A DNA stretch of 64,000 nt from Escherichia coli (GTDB lineage: Bacteria > Pseudomonadota > Gammaproteobacteria > Enterobacterales > Enterobacteriaceae), in NCBI RefSeq assembly GCF_048403405.1, contig NZ_CP183129.1. The stretch is one strand, 5' to 3'. Below the pieces are notes generated by a model, which was not told where the DNA came from, made no database searches, and worked only from the letters and a program-made list of their open reading frames with translations. Below, one piece after another: positions 1 to 10,720 of this stretch. A program made the translations under genes and the position numbers. The stretch's first letter is position 1. The number at the start of each line of letters is the position of its first letter.

Positions 1-1
1 G

Positions 2-235
2 GTGGCTGAGCGGATGGGAATTGCCCCACAACAGATGCTGTTTGTTGGCGACTCACGCAATGATATTCAGGCAGCAAAAGCGGCAGGTTGCCCATCAGTT
101 GGCTTAACCTACGGATATAACTACGGCGAGGCTATCGATCTCAGCCAGCCTGATGTAATTTATCAGTCTATAAATGACCTTCTGCCCGCATTAGGGCTTC
201 CGCATAGCGAAAATCAGGAATCGAAAAATGACTAA
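2..235 (+). CDS. gph: phosphoglycolate phosphatase, C-terminal part (5' end outside window)
   Basis: ORF runs to window start; HAD-type C-terminal sequence; stop overlaps trpS start as in E. coli. Confidence 0.8.
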   Translation: MAERMGIAPQQMLFVGDSRNDIQAAKAAGCPSVGLTYGYNYGEAIDLSQPDVIYQSINDLLPALGLPHSENQESKND

Positions 236-1232
236 GCCCATCGTTTTTAGTGGCGCACAGCCCTCAGGTGAATTGACCATTGGTAACTACATGGGTGCGC
301 TGCGTCAGTGGGTAAACATGCAGGATGACTACCATTGCATTTACTGTATCGTTGACCAACACGCGATCACCGTGCGCCAGGATGCACAGAAGCTGCGTAA
401 AGCGACGCTGGATACGCTGGCCTTGTATCTGGCTTGTGGTATCGATCCTGAGAAAAGCACCATTTTTGTTCAGTCCCACGTGCCGGAACATGCGCAGTTA
501 GGCTGGGCATTGAACTGCTATACCTACTTCGGCGAACTGAGCCGCATGACGCAGTTTAAAGATAAATCTGCGCGTTATGCCGAGAACATCAATGCTGGTC
601 TGTTTGACTATCCGGTGCTGATGGCTGCGGACATCCTGCTGTATCAAACTAATCTGGTACCGGTGGGTGAAGACCAGAAACAGCACCTGGAACTGAGCCG
701 CGATATCGCCCAGCGTTTCAACGCGCTGTATGGCGAGATCTTTAAAGTGCCGGAGCCGTTTATTCCGAAATCTGGCGCGCGCGTAATGTCGCTGCTGGAG
801 CCGACCAAAAAGATGTCCAAGTCTGACGATAACCGCAATAACGTTATCGGCCTGCTGGAAGATCCGAAATCGGTAGTGAAGAAAATCAAACGCGCGGTCA
901 CCGACTCCGACGAGCCGCCGGTAGTTCGCTACGACGTGCAGAACAAAGCGGGCGTTTCCAACCTGCTGGATATCCTTTCTGCTGTAACGGGCCAGAGCAT
1001 TCCGGAACTGGAAAAACAGTTCGAAGGCAAGATGTATGGTCATCTGAAAGGTGAAGTGGCTGATGCCGTTTCCGGTATGCTGACTGAATTGCAGGAACGC
1101 TATCACCGTTTCCGCAACGATGAAGCCTTCCTGCAACAGGTGATGAAAGATGGCGCGGAAAAAGCCAGCGCGCACGCTTCCCGTACGCTAAAAGCGGTGT
1201 ACGAAGCGATTGGTTTTGTGGCGAAGCCGTAA
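228..1232 (+). CDS. trpS: tryptophan--tRNA ligase
   Basis: 334 aa ORF, class I aaRS, matches E. coli TrpS length and sequence from memory. Confidence 0.95.
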   Translation: MTKPIVFSGAQPSGELTIGNYMGALRQWVNMQDDYHCIYCIVDQHAITVRQDAQKLRKATLDTLALYLACGIDPEKSTIFVQSHVPEHAQLGWALNCYTYFGELSRMTQFKDKSARYAENINAGLFDYPVLMAADILLYQTNLVPVGEDQKQHLELSRDIAQRFNALYGEIFKVPEPFIPKSGARVMSLLEPTKKMSKSDDNRNNVIGLLEDPKSVVKKIKRAVTDSDEPPVVRYDVQNKAGVSNLLDILSAVTGQSIPELEKQFEGKMYGHLKGEVADAVSGMLTELQERYHRFRNDEAFLQQVMKDGAEKASAHASRTLKAVYEAIGFVAKP

Positions 1233-1246
1233 TTTAACATTAATGC

Positions 1247-1275
1247 CAAAAACCGGGGAAACCCGGTTTTTTTAT
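1247..1275 (+). terminator. rho-independent terminator after trpS
   Basis: GC hairpin ccgggg/ccccgg followed by a T-run. Confidence 0.6.
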
Positions 1276-1392
1276 CCTCTTTTTGCAATAATCCGAAAAA
1301 ATGTGAAGCGCCTCGCCGTTTCCACATCTCGCAGTTGCCACTTATCTTCATTTTTATGAAGATATAAATATTCACTTTATTGAAAATTTACT

Positions 1393-2298
1393 ATGCGTCG
1401 AACGTTTATCAAAAAAGAAGGCGTCGTCATCACGACACTGGCCCGTTATTTGTTGGGTGAAAAGTGCGGTAATCGACTGAAAACCATAGATGAGCTGGCA
1501 ACTGAATGCCGTTCATCCGTTGGCCTGACGCAGGCCGCGTTGAAAACGCTGGAATCAAGCGGAGCGATACGGATAGAACGCCGTGGGCGTAATGGCAGTT
1601 ATCTGGTGGAAATGGATAACAAAGCGCTGCTGAGTCATGTGGATATCAACAATGTGGTGTGCGCGATGCCCTTGCCCTATACCCGTTTGTACGAAGGCCT
1701 GGCGAGCGGATTGAAAGCTCAGTTTGATGGTATTCCTTTTTACTATGCGCACATGCGCGGCGCGGATATTCGCGTGGAGTGTTTACTTAACGGCGTGTAT
1801 GACATGGCGGTTGTTTCCCGACTGGCGGCGGAAAGTTATCTCACGCAAAAAGGGTTATGCCTCGCGCTGGAGCTGGGGCCGCATACCTACGTTGGCGAGC
1901 ACCAGTTGATTTGCCGTAAAGGCGAGTCCGCAAACGTGAAGCGCGTGGGGCTGGATAACCGTTCGGCGGATCAGAAAATCATGACCGATGTCTTTTTTGG
2001 CGATAGTGATGTGGAACGTGTCGATCTCTCTTATCACGAGAGTTTACAACGCATTGTTAAAGGCGATGTTGATGCGGTGATCTGGAACGTGGTGGCGGAA
2101 AACGAACTGACCATGCTGGGATTAGAAGCGACGCCGCTCACAGACGATCCGCGATTTTTACAGGCCACCGAAGCCGTAGTTTTGACGCGAGTCGATGATT
2201 ACCCAATGCAACAATTGCTGCGTGCAGTTGTTGATAAACAGGCCCTGCTTGCCCATCAACAACGAGTGGTCAGTGGGGAACAGGAACCCAGTTATTAA
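1393..2298 (+). CDS. yhfZ: uncharacterised protein with N-terminal HTH-like region (putative regulator)
   Basis: 301 aa ORF, first gene of the yhf/php cluster. Confidence 0.8.
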   Translation: MRRTFIKKEGVVITTLARYLLGEKCGNRLKTIDELATECRSSVGLTQAALKTLESSGAIRIERRGRNGSYLVEMDNKALLSHVDINNVVCAMPLPYTRLYEGLASGLKAQFDGIPFYYAHMRGADIRVECLLNGVYDMAVVSRLAAESYLTQKGLCLALELGPHTYVGEHQLICRKGESANVKRVGLDNRSADQKIMTDVFFGDSDVERVDLSYHESLQRIVKGDVDAVIWNVVAENELTMLGLEATPLTDDPRFLQATEAVVLTRVDDYPMQQLLRAVVDKQALLAHQQRVVSGEQEPSY

Positions 2299-2314
2299 AC
2301 GAAAGGCATCTGAA

Positions 2315-2677
2315 ATGGAAACCAGACTCAACCTGCTTTGCGATGCAGGCGTTATTGATAAGGACATCTGCAAAGGCATGATGCAGGTCGTCAATGTCCT
2401 GGAAACAGAGTGCCATCTACCGGTGCGCAGTGAGCAAGGAACGATGGCGATGACACATATGGCGAGTGCACTGATGCGCAGTCGCCGTGGTGAAGAAATA
2501 GAGCCGCTGGATGACGAATTGCTGGCAGAGCTGGCGCAATCCACTCACTGGCCAGCCATTTTACAATTGCATCAGGTGTTGTTGAAGGAATTCGCGCTGG
2601 AAGTTAACCCGTGTGAAGAAGGCTATTTGCTGGCCAACCTTTATGGATTATGGATGGCTGCTAACGAAGAGGTTTGA
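2315..2677 (+). CDS. yhfY: uncharacterised protein YhfY
   Basis: Internal ATG (METRLNLL...) with upstream gaaagg RBS, 17 nt after yhfZ stop; 120 aa. Confidence 0.7.
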   Translation: METRLNLLCDAGVIDKDICKGMMQVVNVLETECHLPVRSEQGTMAMTHMASALMRSRRGEEIEPLDDELLAELAQSTHWPAILQLHQVLLKEFALEVNPCEEGYLLANLYGLWMAANEEV

Positions 2678-2760
2678 AGCTCCCGACAAATCCACGTCGC
2701 ATAATCTAAATATTCAGAAAAATGAATATTTAATTCAAGGAACAGAAACGAGGCAACAAG

Positions 2761-3924
2761 ATGTTTGTAGAAGCATTGAAACGCCAGAACCCGGCGCTAA
2801 TTTCCGCCGCACTAAGCTTGTGGCAAAAGGGCAAGATCGCCCCGGACAGCTGGGTGATCGACGTGGATCAGATACTGGAAAACGGTAAGCGGCTGATTGA
2901 GACGGCGCGGCTTTACGGCATTGAACTGTATCTGATGACTAAGCAGTTTGGTCGTAATCCGTGGCTGGCGGAAAAACTGCTGCCATTAGGCTACAGCGGC
3001 ATTGTGGCGGTGGATTACAAAGAGGCGCGAGTCATGCGCCGCGCCGGTTTGCCGGTGGCGCATCAGGGGCATCTGGTACAAATCCCTTGTCATCAGGTTG
3101 CTGACGCCGTTGCACAGGGCACCGACGTCATCACCGTGTTTACTCTCGACAAAGCGCGGGAAGTTTCTGCGGCAGCGGTGAAGGCCGGACGTGTGCAGTC
3201 TGTGCTGCTCAAAGTTTATAGCGACGATGATTTTCTTTATCCGGGGCAGGAGAGCGGTTTTGTACAGCATTCGCTGCACGAGGTGGTTGCTGATATTAAG
3301 AAACTGCCGGGGCTGCATTTAGCCGGACTAACCCATTTCCCTTGCCTGCTTTGGGATGAGGCTGCCGGGAAAGTTTTGCCGACACCGAATCTTCACACGC
3401 TGGTACAAGCACGGGATCAACTGGCGAAATCTGGTATTGCGATTGAGCAACTGAACGCGCCTTCAGCGACCAGCTGCACTTCGCTGCCATTGCTGGCGGA
3501 ATACGGTGTGACTCATGCCGAACCCGGTCATGCGCTGACGGGCACTATTCCGGCAAACCAGCAGGGCGATCAGCCTGAACGTATCGCGATGCTCTGGTTA
3601 AGTGAAATCTCCCATCATTTTCGTGGCGACAGCTACTGCTACGGCGGCGGTTACTACCGTCGTGGTCACGCGCAACATGCGCTGGTGTTTACGCCAGAAA
3701 ATCAAAAGATTACTGAAACCAATCTCAAAACTGTGGATGACAGCAGTATCGACTACACCCTGCCGCTGGCAGGCGAGTTTCCGGTAAGCAGTGCAGTAGT
3801 GCTCTGTTTTCGCACGCAGATTTTTGTCACCCGTAGCGATGTGGTGCTGGTGTCTGGTATTCATCGTGGCGAACCGGAAATCGTCGGTCGTTATGACAGC
3901 CTCGGCAACCCTCTGGAGGCGTAA
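2761..3924 (+). CDS. yhfX: alanine-racemase-like PLP-dependent enzyme (putative)
   Basis: 387 aa ORF in conserved cluster. Confidence 0.8.
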   Translation: MFVEALKRQNPALISAALSLWQKGKIAPDSWVIDVDQILENGKRLIETARLYGIELYLMTKQFGRNPWLAEKLLPLGYSGIVAVDYKEARVMRRAGLPVAHQGHLVQIPCHQVADAVAQGTDVITVFTLDKAREVSAAAVKAGRVQSVLLKVYSDDDFLYPGQESGFVQHSLHEVVADIKKLPGLHLAGLTHFPCLLWDEAAGKVLPTPNLHTLVQARDQLAKSGIAIEQLNAPSATSCTSLPLLAEYGVTHAEPGHALTGTIPANQQGDQPERIAMLWLSEISHHFRGDSYCYGGGYYRRGHAQHALVFTPENQKITETNLKTVDDSSIDYTLPLAGEFPVSSAVVLCFRTQIFVTRSDVVLVSGIHRGEPEIVGRYDSLGNPLEA

Positions 3925-5151
3925 ATGGCGCGATTTGTGGTGTTAGTGATTGATAGCTTTGGCGTAGGGGCAATGAAAGATGTCACGTTGGTGCGTCCGC
4001 AGGATGCCGGGGCGAATACCTGTGGTCACATCCTGAGCCAGTTGCCGCATTTGCAGCTATCAGCGCTGGAGAAGCTGGGGCTAATCAACGCATTGGGTTA
4101 TGCACCAGGTGATATGCAACCGTCAGATTCCGCAACCTGGGGGGTGGCAGAGCTGCAACATGAAGGTGGCGATACCTTTATGGGGCATCAGGAAATTTTA
4201 GGCACGCGCCCGTTACCGCCGCTGCGGATGCCTTTTCGCGATGTGATTGACCGTGTTGAGCAGGCATTAGTATCCGCCGGTTGGCAGGTGGAGCGCCGTG
4301 GCGATGATCTGCAATTTCTGTGGGTCAATCAGGCGGTTGCGATTGGCGATAATCTCGAGGCGGATTTAGGCCAGGTCTATAACATCACCGTCAATCTCTC
4401 TGTGATCTCTTTTGACGACGCAATCAAAATTGGTCGTATCGTGCGTGAGCAGGTACAGGTCGGTCGGGTCATTACATTTGGCGGCCTGTTAACTGACAGT
4501 CAACGCATTCTCGATGCCGCAGAAAGTAAAGAAGGGCGCTTTATTGGCATTAATGCGCCGCGTTCAGGCGCTTATGACAACGGCTTCCAGGTCGTGCATA
4601 TGGGCTACGGTGTTGATGAAAAAGTGCAGGTGCCGCAAAAACTGTATGAAGCGGGCGTGCCAACCGTGCTGGTGGGTAAGGTGGCGGATATCGTCAGCAA
4701 TCCTTATGGCGTGAGCTGGCAAAACCTGGTGGATAGCCAGCGGATTATGGATATCACCCTCGACGAATTTAACACGCATCCGACGGCGTTTATTTGCACC
4801 AATATCCAGGAAACCGACCTCGCTGGTCACGCGGAAGACGTCGCACGTTATGCCGAACGTTTGCAGGTCGTTGACCGTAACCTTGCCCGGCTTATTGAGG
4901 CGATGCAGCCAGATGATTGCCTGGTCGTGATGGCGGATCACGGTAACGATCCGACCATTGGTCACAGCCACCATACCCGCGAAGTGGTGCCAGTGCTGGT
5001 TTATCAGCAAGGGATGGTCGCTACGCAGCTCGGTGTGCGCACCACGCTTTCTGATGTGGGGGCTACCGTGTGTGAATTTTTCCGTGCGCCACCGCCACAA
5101 AATGGTCGCTCTTTTCTTTCCTCCCTCCGGTTTGCAGGAGACACCCTATGA
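3925..5151 (+). CDS. yhfW: phosphopentomutase-like metalloenzyme (putative mutase)
   Basis: 408 aa ORF; contains DHGNDPT motif typical of the phosphopentomutase family. Confidence 0.8.
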   Translation: MARFVVLVIDSFGVGAMKDVTLVRPQDAGANTCGHILSQLPHLQLSALEKLGLINALGYAPGDMQPSDSATWGVAELQHEGGDTFMGHQEILGTRPLPPLRMPFRDVIDRVEQALVSAGWQVERRGDDLQFLWVNQAVAIGDNLEADLGQVYNITVNLSVISFDDAIKIGRIVREQVQVGRVITFGGLLTDSQRILDAAESKEGRFIGINAPRSGAYDNGFQVVHMGYGVDEKVQVPQKLYEAGVPTVLVGKVADIVSNPYGVSWQNLVDSQRIMDITLDEFNTHPTAFICTNIQETDLAGHAEDVARYAERLQVVDRNLARLIEAMQPDDCLVVMADHGNDPTIGHSHHTREVVPVLVYQQGMVATQLGVRTTLSDVGATVCEFFRAPPPQNGRSFLSSLRFAGDTL

Positions 5152-6026
5152 GTATTGATCCGACGGGTTACACCCTCGCCCATGAGCATCTGCATATTGA
5201 TCTCTCCGGCTTTAAAAACAACGTGGACTGCCGCCTTGATCAGTATGCGTTCATTTGCCAGGAGATGAACGACCTGATGGCCCAGGGCGTGCGTAATGTG
5301 ATTGAGATGACCAACCGTTACATGGGGCGAAATGCGCAATTTATGCTCGATGTGATGCACGAAACTGGCATCAACGTGGTGGCCTGTACCGGTTATTACC
5401 AGGATGCGTTTTTCCCGCAACATGTGGCGACCCGCAGCGTACAGGAACTGGCGCAGGAGATGGTCGATGAAATTGATCAGGGTATCGATGGCACGGAACT
5501 GAAAGCCGGGATCATCGCGGAGATCGGCTCCAGCGAAGGGAAGATTACGCCGCTGGAAGAGAAGGTGTTTATTGCCGCCGCGCTGGCACATAACCAGACC
5601 GGACGCCCGATCTCCACGCATACGTCGTTCAGCACGATGGGGCTGGAACAACTGGCTCTGTTGCAAGCCCACGGAGTTGATCTTTCGCGCGTCACCGTTG
5701 GTCACTGCGATCTGAAAGACAACCTCGACAACATTTTGAAGATGATCGATCTCGGCGCGTATGTGCAGTTCGACACCATCGGCAAGAACAGTTACTACCC
5801 GGACGAAAGGCGCATTGCGATGCTCCACGCGCTACGTGACCGTGGTTTGCTGAACCGCGTCATGCTGTCGATGGATATTACGCGCCGCTCCCATTTAAAA
5901 GCCAACGGTGGTTATGGCTATGACTATTTATTGACCACCTTTATTCCGCAATTGCGCCAGTCAGGATTCAGTCAGGCCGATGTGGATGTGATGTTACGTG
6001 AAACTCCCTCTCAATTTTTCCAATAA
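5148..6026 (+). CDS. php: phosphotriesterase homology protein (amidohydrolase superfamily)
   Basis: 292 aa ORF; N-terminal HEHLHID metal-binding HxH motif. Confidence 0.85.
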   Translation: MSIDPTGYTLAHEHLHIDLSGFKNNVDCRLDQYAFICQEMNDLMAQGVRNVIEMTNRYMGRNAQFMLDVMHETGINVVACTGYYQDAFFPQHVATRSVQELAQEMVDEIDQGIDGTELKAGIIAEIGSSEGKITPLEEKVFIAAALAHNQTGRPISTHTSFSTMGLEQLALLQAHGVDLSRVTVGHCDLKDNLDNILKMIDLGAYVQFDTIGKNSYYPDERRIAMLHALRDRGLLNRVMLSMDITRRSHLKANGGYGYDYLLTTFIPQLRQSGFSQADVDVMLRETPSQFFQ

Positions 6027-6036
6027 GGACAGACTC

Positions 6037-6390
6037 ATGAAAAAGATTGGTGTTGCAGGCTTACAGCGTGAGCAGATTAAAAAAACCATTGAAGCGACGG
6101 CTCCTGGCTGTTTTGAAGTTTTCATTCACAACGACATGGAAGCGGCAATGAAAGTCAAATCCGAGCAACTGGATTACTACATCGGCGCGTGTAATACCGG
6201 TGCGGGCGCGGCATTGTCGATTGCCATCGCGGTGATTGGCTATAACAAAAGTTGCACCATTGCCAAACCAGGCATTAAAGCGAAAGACGAACATATCGCC
6301 AAAATGATCGCCGAAGGGAAAGTGGCGTTTGGGCTTTCCGTTGAGCACGTCGAACACGCGATTCCGATGCTGATTAACCATCTGAAATAA
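6037..6390 (+). CDS. yhfU: small uncharacterised protein YhfU
   Basis: 117 aa from internal ATG with aaggac RBS right after php stop. Confidence 0.7.
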   Translation: MKKIGVAGLQREQIKKTIEATAPGCFEVFIHNDMEAAMKVKSEQLDYYIGACNTGAGAALSIAIAVIGYNKSCTIAKPGIKAKDEHIAKMIAEGKVAFGLSVEHVEHAIPMLINHLK

Positions 6391-6401
6391 AAGGCACGAC
6401 T

Positions 6402-7706
6402 ATGGATCTGTATATTCAGATTATCGTGGTGGCGTGCCTGACGGGTATGACATCGCTTCTGGCGCATCGCTCGGCGGCTGTTTTTCATGACGGTATCCGC
6501 CCGATCCTGCCACAACTGATTGAAGGCTATATGAACCGTCGCGAGGCGGGGAGTATCGCTTTTGGTCTGAGCATTGGTTTTGTGGCCTCGGTGGGGATCT
6601 CGTTTACCCTGAAAACCGGGCTGCTCAACGCATGGTTACTCTTTCTTCCTACCGATATCCTCGGCGTACTGGCGATAAACAGCCTGATGGCGTTTGGTCT
6701 TGGCGCTATCTGGGGCGTGTTGATCCTTACTTGCCTGTTGCCGGTAAACCAGCTGCTGACCGCGCTACCGGTGGATGTATTAGGTAGCCTGGGGGAATTA
6801 AGCTCACCGGTGGTTTCAGCTTTTGCACTGTTCCCGTTGGTGGCGATTTTCTACCAGTTTGGCTGGAAGCAAAGTCTGATCGCCGCCGTGGTGGTACTGA
6901 TGACCCGTGTGGTGGTAGTGCGCTATTTCCCGCATCTCAATCCGGAATCCATCGAAATCTTTATTGGCATGGTGATGCTGCTGGGGATCGCGATAACTCA
7001 CGACCTGCGTCATCGTGATGAAAATGATATTGATGCCAGCGGGCTTTCGGTGTTTGAAGAACGCACGTCGCGGATTATCAAAAACTTACCGTATATCGCT
7101 ATTGTCGGGGCGCTGATTGCCGCCGTTGCCAGCATGAAGATTTTTGCTGGCAGTGAAGTGTCGATCTTCACACTGGAGAAAGCATATTCCGCAGGCGTAA
7201 CGCCGGAACAATCACAAACGCTGATTAACCAGGCAGCTCTGGCGGAATTTATGCGCGGGCTGGGTTTTGTACCGTTGATTGCCACCACCGCGTTAGCCAC
7301 TGGTGTGTATGCAGTTGCGGGCTTTACCTTTGTTTATGCGGTGGGCTATCTCTCGCCGAATCCGATGGTTGCAGCGGTATTAGGCGCAGTGGTTATTTCG
7401 GCGGAAGTCCTGCTGCTTCGTTCGATCGGCAAATGGCTGGGGCGCTACCCGTCGGTGCGTAATGCGTCGGATAACATCCGTAACGCCATGAATATGCTGA
7501 TGGAAGTGGCGTTGCTGGTCGGTTCGATTTTCGCAGCAATTAAAATGGCGGGTTATACCGGATTTTCTATCGCAGTTGCCATTTACTTCCTCAACGAATC
7601 CCTGGGCCGTCCGGTACAGAAAATGGCGGCACCGGTCGTGGCAGTAATGATCACCGGTATTCTGCTGAATGTTCTTTACTGGCTTGGCCTGTTCGTTCCG
7701 GCTTAA
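6402..7706 (+). CDS. yhfT: integral membrane protein, putative transporter
   Basis: 434 aa, highly hydrophobic with many predicted TM segments. Confidence 0.8.
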   Translation: MDLYIQIIVVACLTGMTSLLAHRSAAVFHDGIRPILPQLIEGYMNRREAGSIAFGLSIGFVASVGISFTLKTGLLNAWLLFLPTDILGVLAINSLMAFGLGAIWGVLILTCLLPVNQLLTALPVDVLGSLGELSSPVVSAFALFPLVAIFYQFGWKQSLIAAVVVLMTRVVVVRYFPHLNPESIEIFIGMVMLLGIAITHDLRHRDENDIDASGLSVFEERTSRIIKNLPYIAIVGALIAAVASMKIFAGSEVSIFTLEKAYSAGVTPEQSQTLINQAALAEFMRGLGFVPLIATTALATGVYAVAGFTFVYAVGYLSPNPMVAAVLGAVVISAEVLLLRSIGKWLGRYPSVRNASDNIRNAMNMLMEVALLVGSIFAAIKMAGYTGFSIAVAIYFLNESLGRPVQKMAAPVVAVMITGILLNVLYWLGLFVPA

Positions 7707-7717
7707 GGAAGGCACCT

Positions 7718-8803
7718 ATGAAGACGTTTCCTCTGCAAAGCCTGACGATTATTGAGGCGCAGCAAAAGCAGTTTGCGCTGGTGGACACGATTTGCCGCCA
7801 TTTTCCTGGTAGCGAATTTCTTACCTGCGGTGATTTGGGATTAACGCCGGGACTGAATCAACCGCGCATTACCCAGCGTGTGGAACAGGTGCTGGCTGAT
7901 GCATTTCACGCACAGGCTGCGGCGCTGGTACAGGGCGCGGGTACTGGCGCGATCCGTGCGGCGTTGGCGGCTTTGCTCAAACCGGGGCAGCGTCTTCTGG
8001 TGCATGACGCGCCGGTTTACCCGACGACTCAGGTCATTATTGAGCAGATGGGGCTGACGCTTATCACTGCTGATTTCAATGACCTGTTGGCACTGAAGCA
8101 GGTTGTCGACGAGCAACAACCAGATGCCGCGCTGGTGCAGCATACGCGCCAGCAGCCGCAGGACGGGTACATTCTGGCAGATGTGCTGGCAACGTTGCGC
8201 TCGGCTGGCGTTCCTGCATTAACCGATGACAACTATGCGGTGATGAAGGTAGCGCGAATTGGCTGCGAATGCGGGGCAAATGTCTCGACTTTTTCCTGCT
8301 TCAAGCTGTTTGGGCCGGAGGGTGTTGGCGCGGTGGTAGGCGATGCTGATGTTATTAACCGTATTCGCGCCACGCTCTACTCCGGCGGCAGCCAGATTCA
8401 GGGCGCTCAGGCGTTGGAAGTCTTGCGTGGGCTGGTGTTTGCGCCAGTGATGCACGCGGTGCAGGCGGGGGTATCTGAACGGTTGCTGGCCTTGCTCAAC
8501 GGTGGTGCAGTTCCGGAAGTGAAAAGCGCCGTCATTGCCAATGCACAGTCGAAGGTGTTGATTGTCGAGTTTCATCAGCCGATTGCCGCCAGAGTGCTGG
8601 AAGAGGCGCAAAAGCGCGGTGCCTTGCCTTACCCGGTTGGTGCAGAGTCGAAATATGAAATTCCACCGCTCTTTTATCGACTTTCCGGAACGTTTCGCCA
8701 GGTGAATCCGCAACTCGAACATTATGCGATTCGTATTAACCCAAATCGCAGCGGTGAAGAGACGGTGCTGCGGATTTTGCGTGAGAGTATTGCCAGTATT
8801 TAA
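7718..8803 (+). CDS. yhfS: uncharacterised enzyme, putative PLP-dependent
   Basis: 361 aa ORF, last gene of the cluster. Confidence 0.8.
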   Translation: MKTFPLQSLTIIEAQQKQFALVDTICRHFPGSEFLTCGDLGLTPGLNQPRITQRVEQVLADAFHAQAAALVQGAGTGAIRAALAALLKPGQRLLVHDAPVYPTTQVIIEQMGLTLITADFNDLLALKQVVDEQQPDAALVQHTRQQPQDGYILADVLATLRSAGVPALTDDNYAVMKVARIGCECGANVSTFSCFKLFGPEGVGAVVGDADVINRIRATLYSGGSQIQGAQALEVLRGLVFAPVMHAVQAGVSERLLALLNGGAVPEVKSAVIANAQSKVLIVEFHQPIAARVLEEAQKRGALPYPVGAESKYEIPPLFYRLSGTFRQVNPQLEHYAIRINPNRSGEETVLRILRESIASI

Positions 8804-8843
8804 TCTTGTGCATGATGTTTTCGAAAAGAATGCAGAAATAAAT

Positions 8844-8869
8844 ACGCCCTCGGGTAACCCCGAGGGCGT
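8844..8869. terminator. bidirectional hairpin between convergent yhfS and yhfL
   Basis: Perfect inverted repeat acgccctcggg-taac-cccgagggcgt. Confidence 0.55.
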
Positions 8870-8909
8870 CAGGCAATTAAACCGGTGTTAGCCGATTTCT
8901 GTCAGAGAC

Positions 8910-9077
8910 TTACTGTGCAGTAGGACCGCAACCGCCAATGATTTTAGAAATAGAAATTGCCGGGTGCAGCAGGTAGTCGTAAGAGCAGTTCTTATCACGG
9001 TTTTCAATATGACCAGTACATGCAGTTAACGTAGCCAGTACTGCGCCTACCAGTGCAACTTTAATAAATTTGTTCAT
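8910..9077 (-). CDS. yhfL: small lipoprotein
   Basis: 55 aa minus-strand ORF MNKFIKVALVGAVLATLTAC... with LTAC lipobox; below ORF-track length cutoff. Confidence 0.75.
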   Translation of the reverse strand: MNKFIKVALVGAVLATLTACTGHIENRDKNCSYDYLLHPAISISKIIGGCGPTAQ

Positions 9078-9293
9078 TTACATTCCCTATGTATTATATA
9101 TTAATTAATATTCATTGATTATATGAATATAAGCAGACTGCTCATTAAGAACGATACAGGAATATTCAATTAGCGTCAGTGAGCGATTGATTTAATTTTG
9201 TAAGTCGCTGTAACGGTGAATATAACCCATTAGCAGACAATATTTATTAAGGGGGTATCTTTTTATCTGCTGAATATATAAAGAGAGTTGTAA

Positions 9294-9320
9294 ACGAAAA
9301 AGGCCAGACTTCTCTGGCCC
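9294..9320 (-). terminator. terminator after cysG
   Basis: Hairpin ggccaga/tctggcc followed by a T-run on the minus strand. Confidence 0.5.
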
Positions 9321-9328
9321 TGGTTAAA

Positions 9329-10702
9329 TTAATGGTTAGAGAACCAGTTCAATTTATCGCGCAGGCCAACAACCCGACCAATAATAATTAGCGATGGACT
9401 GTTCATTTGCTGCGCCAGTTCGCCCAGCTGCGTGAGCGTACCGTCAATCACGCGCTGCGTGACTGCCGTTCCGTTTTCGACAATTGCCACCGGCATTTCG
9501 CCAGGCATACCGTGTTCAATCAGCTTTTGCTGAATAGTCGCAGCCTGATTCAGCCCCATATAAAACACCAGCGTCTGTTTTTCTGCCGCCAGGTTTTCCC
9601 AGTCCAGTTCGCCACCGGTTTTTAAGTGTCCGGTAATTAAGCGTACGCTCTGGGCATAATCGCGATGCGTGAGCGGAATACCCGAATAGGCAGAGCAACC
9701 AGAAGCTGCGGTAATACCCGGAACCACCGAGAACGGAATACCCGCGTTGCACAGTGTTTCCAGCTCTTCGCCACCACGGCCAAAAATAAACGGATCGCCA
9801 CCTTTCAGCCGCACCACGCGTTTGCCTTTTTGCGCTTCCCGCAGCAGGATCTGGTTTATCTCTTCCTGCGGTACGCAGTGGTATCCCGCGCGTTTGCCGA
9901 CGAAAACGCGATCCGCATCGCGGCGTACCAGATTCATAATATCGTCAGAAACCAGACGGTCGTAGACCACCACATCTGCCTGCTGAATTTGTTGCAGTCC
10001 TTTTAGTGTCAGCAGCCCGGCATCGCCCGGACCTGCGCCAACCAGCACCACTTCACCGCGATGGTCGAGCGGTTCGTTGATTAACTGTTCGGTCGTTTCA
10101 GTAATGGCTTTCTGATCGTTGTTTGCCAGCGACTGCGCCAGGCGGTCATTAACGAACAGTTTTTCCCAGAAACGGCGACGCTCACCCATCGTGGCGAACT
10201 GTTGTTTCACTCGCCCGCGTAATTGCCCGGCGTATTTCGCCACCTGGCCCAGATGCAACGGCAGCAGTGATTCAAGTTTTTCGCGTAACAGGCGCGCCAG
10301 AACCGGAGAGGTGCCGCCAGAGGAGACCGCGACCATTAGCGGTGAGCGGTCAATAATCGACGGCATAATAAAGCTGGCGGCTTTCGGCGCATCGACCACG
10401 TTACAGAAGATGCGACGAGCTTCAGCGGCTTCACTGACGCGCTGGTTAAGCGCGTCATCATCCGTCGCAGCAATTGCCAGCCAGCAGGTGTCGAGAAGGC
10501 TTTCATCAAATGGCCCTTCGACGAGGGTTAACATGCCTGCATCTGCCCATGCGGTGAACTGTGGAATAAACGCTAATGCATTCACCGTTAAGCGAGCGCC
10601 TGCGTCTAACAGCAACCTTGCTTTGCGTTCCGCGACATCACCACCGCCGACAATCAGACAGTCGCGATCGCGTAATTGGCAAAATATAGGCAAATGATCC
10701 AC
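9329..10702 (-). CDS. cysG: siroheme synthase
   Basis: 457 aa ORF, matches E. coli CysG. Confidence 0.95.
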
Positions 10703-10720
10703 GTAAAAACCCCTTAGTAA

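Noticed and set aside
498-1175. 225-aa minus-strand ORF inside trpS
   Set aside because: Antisense to an intact, recognisable trpS.
2613-2888. 91-aa ORF bridging yhfY and yhfX
   Set aside because: Out-of-frame overlap with both flanking genes; the flanking ORFs have better start context and expected lengths.
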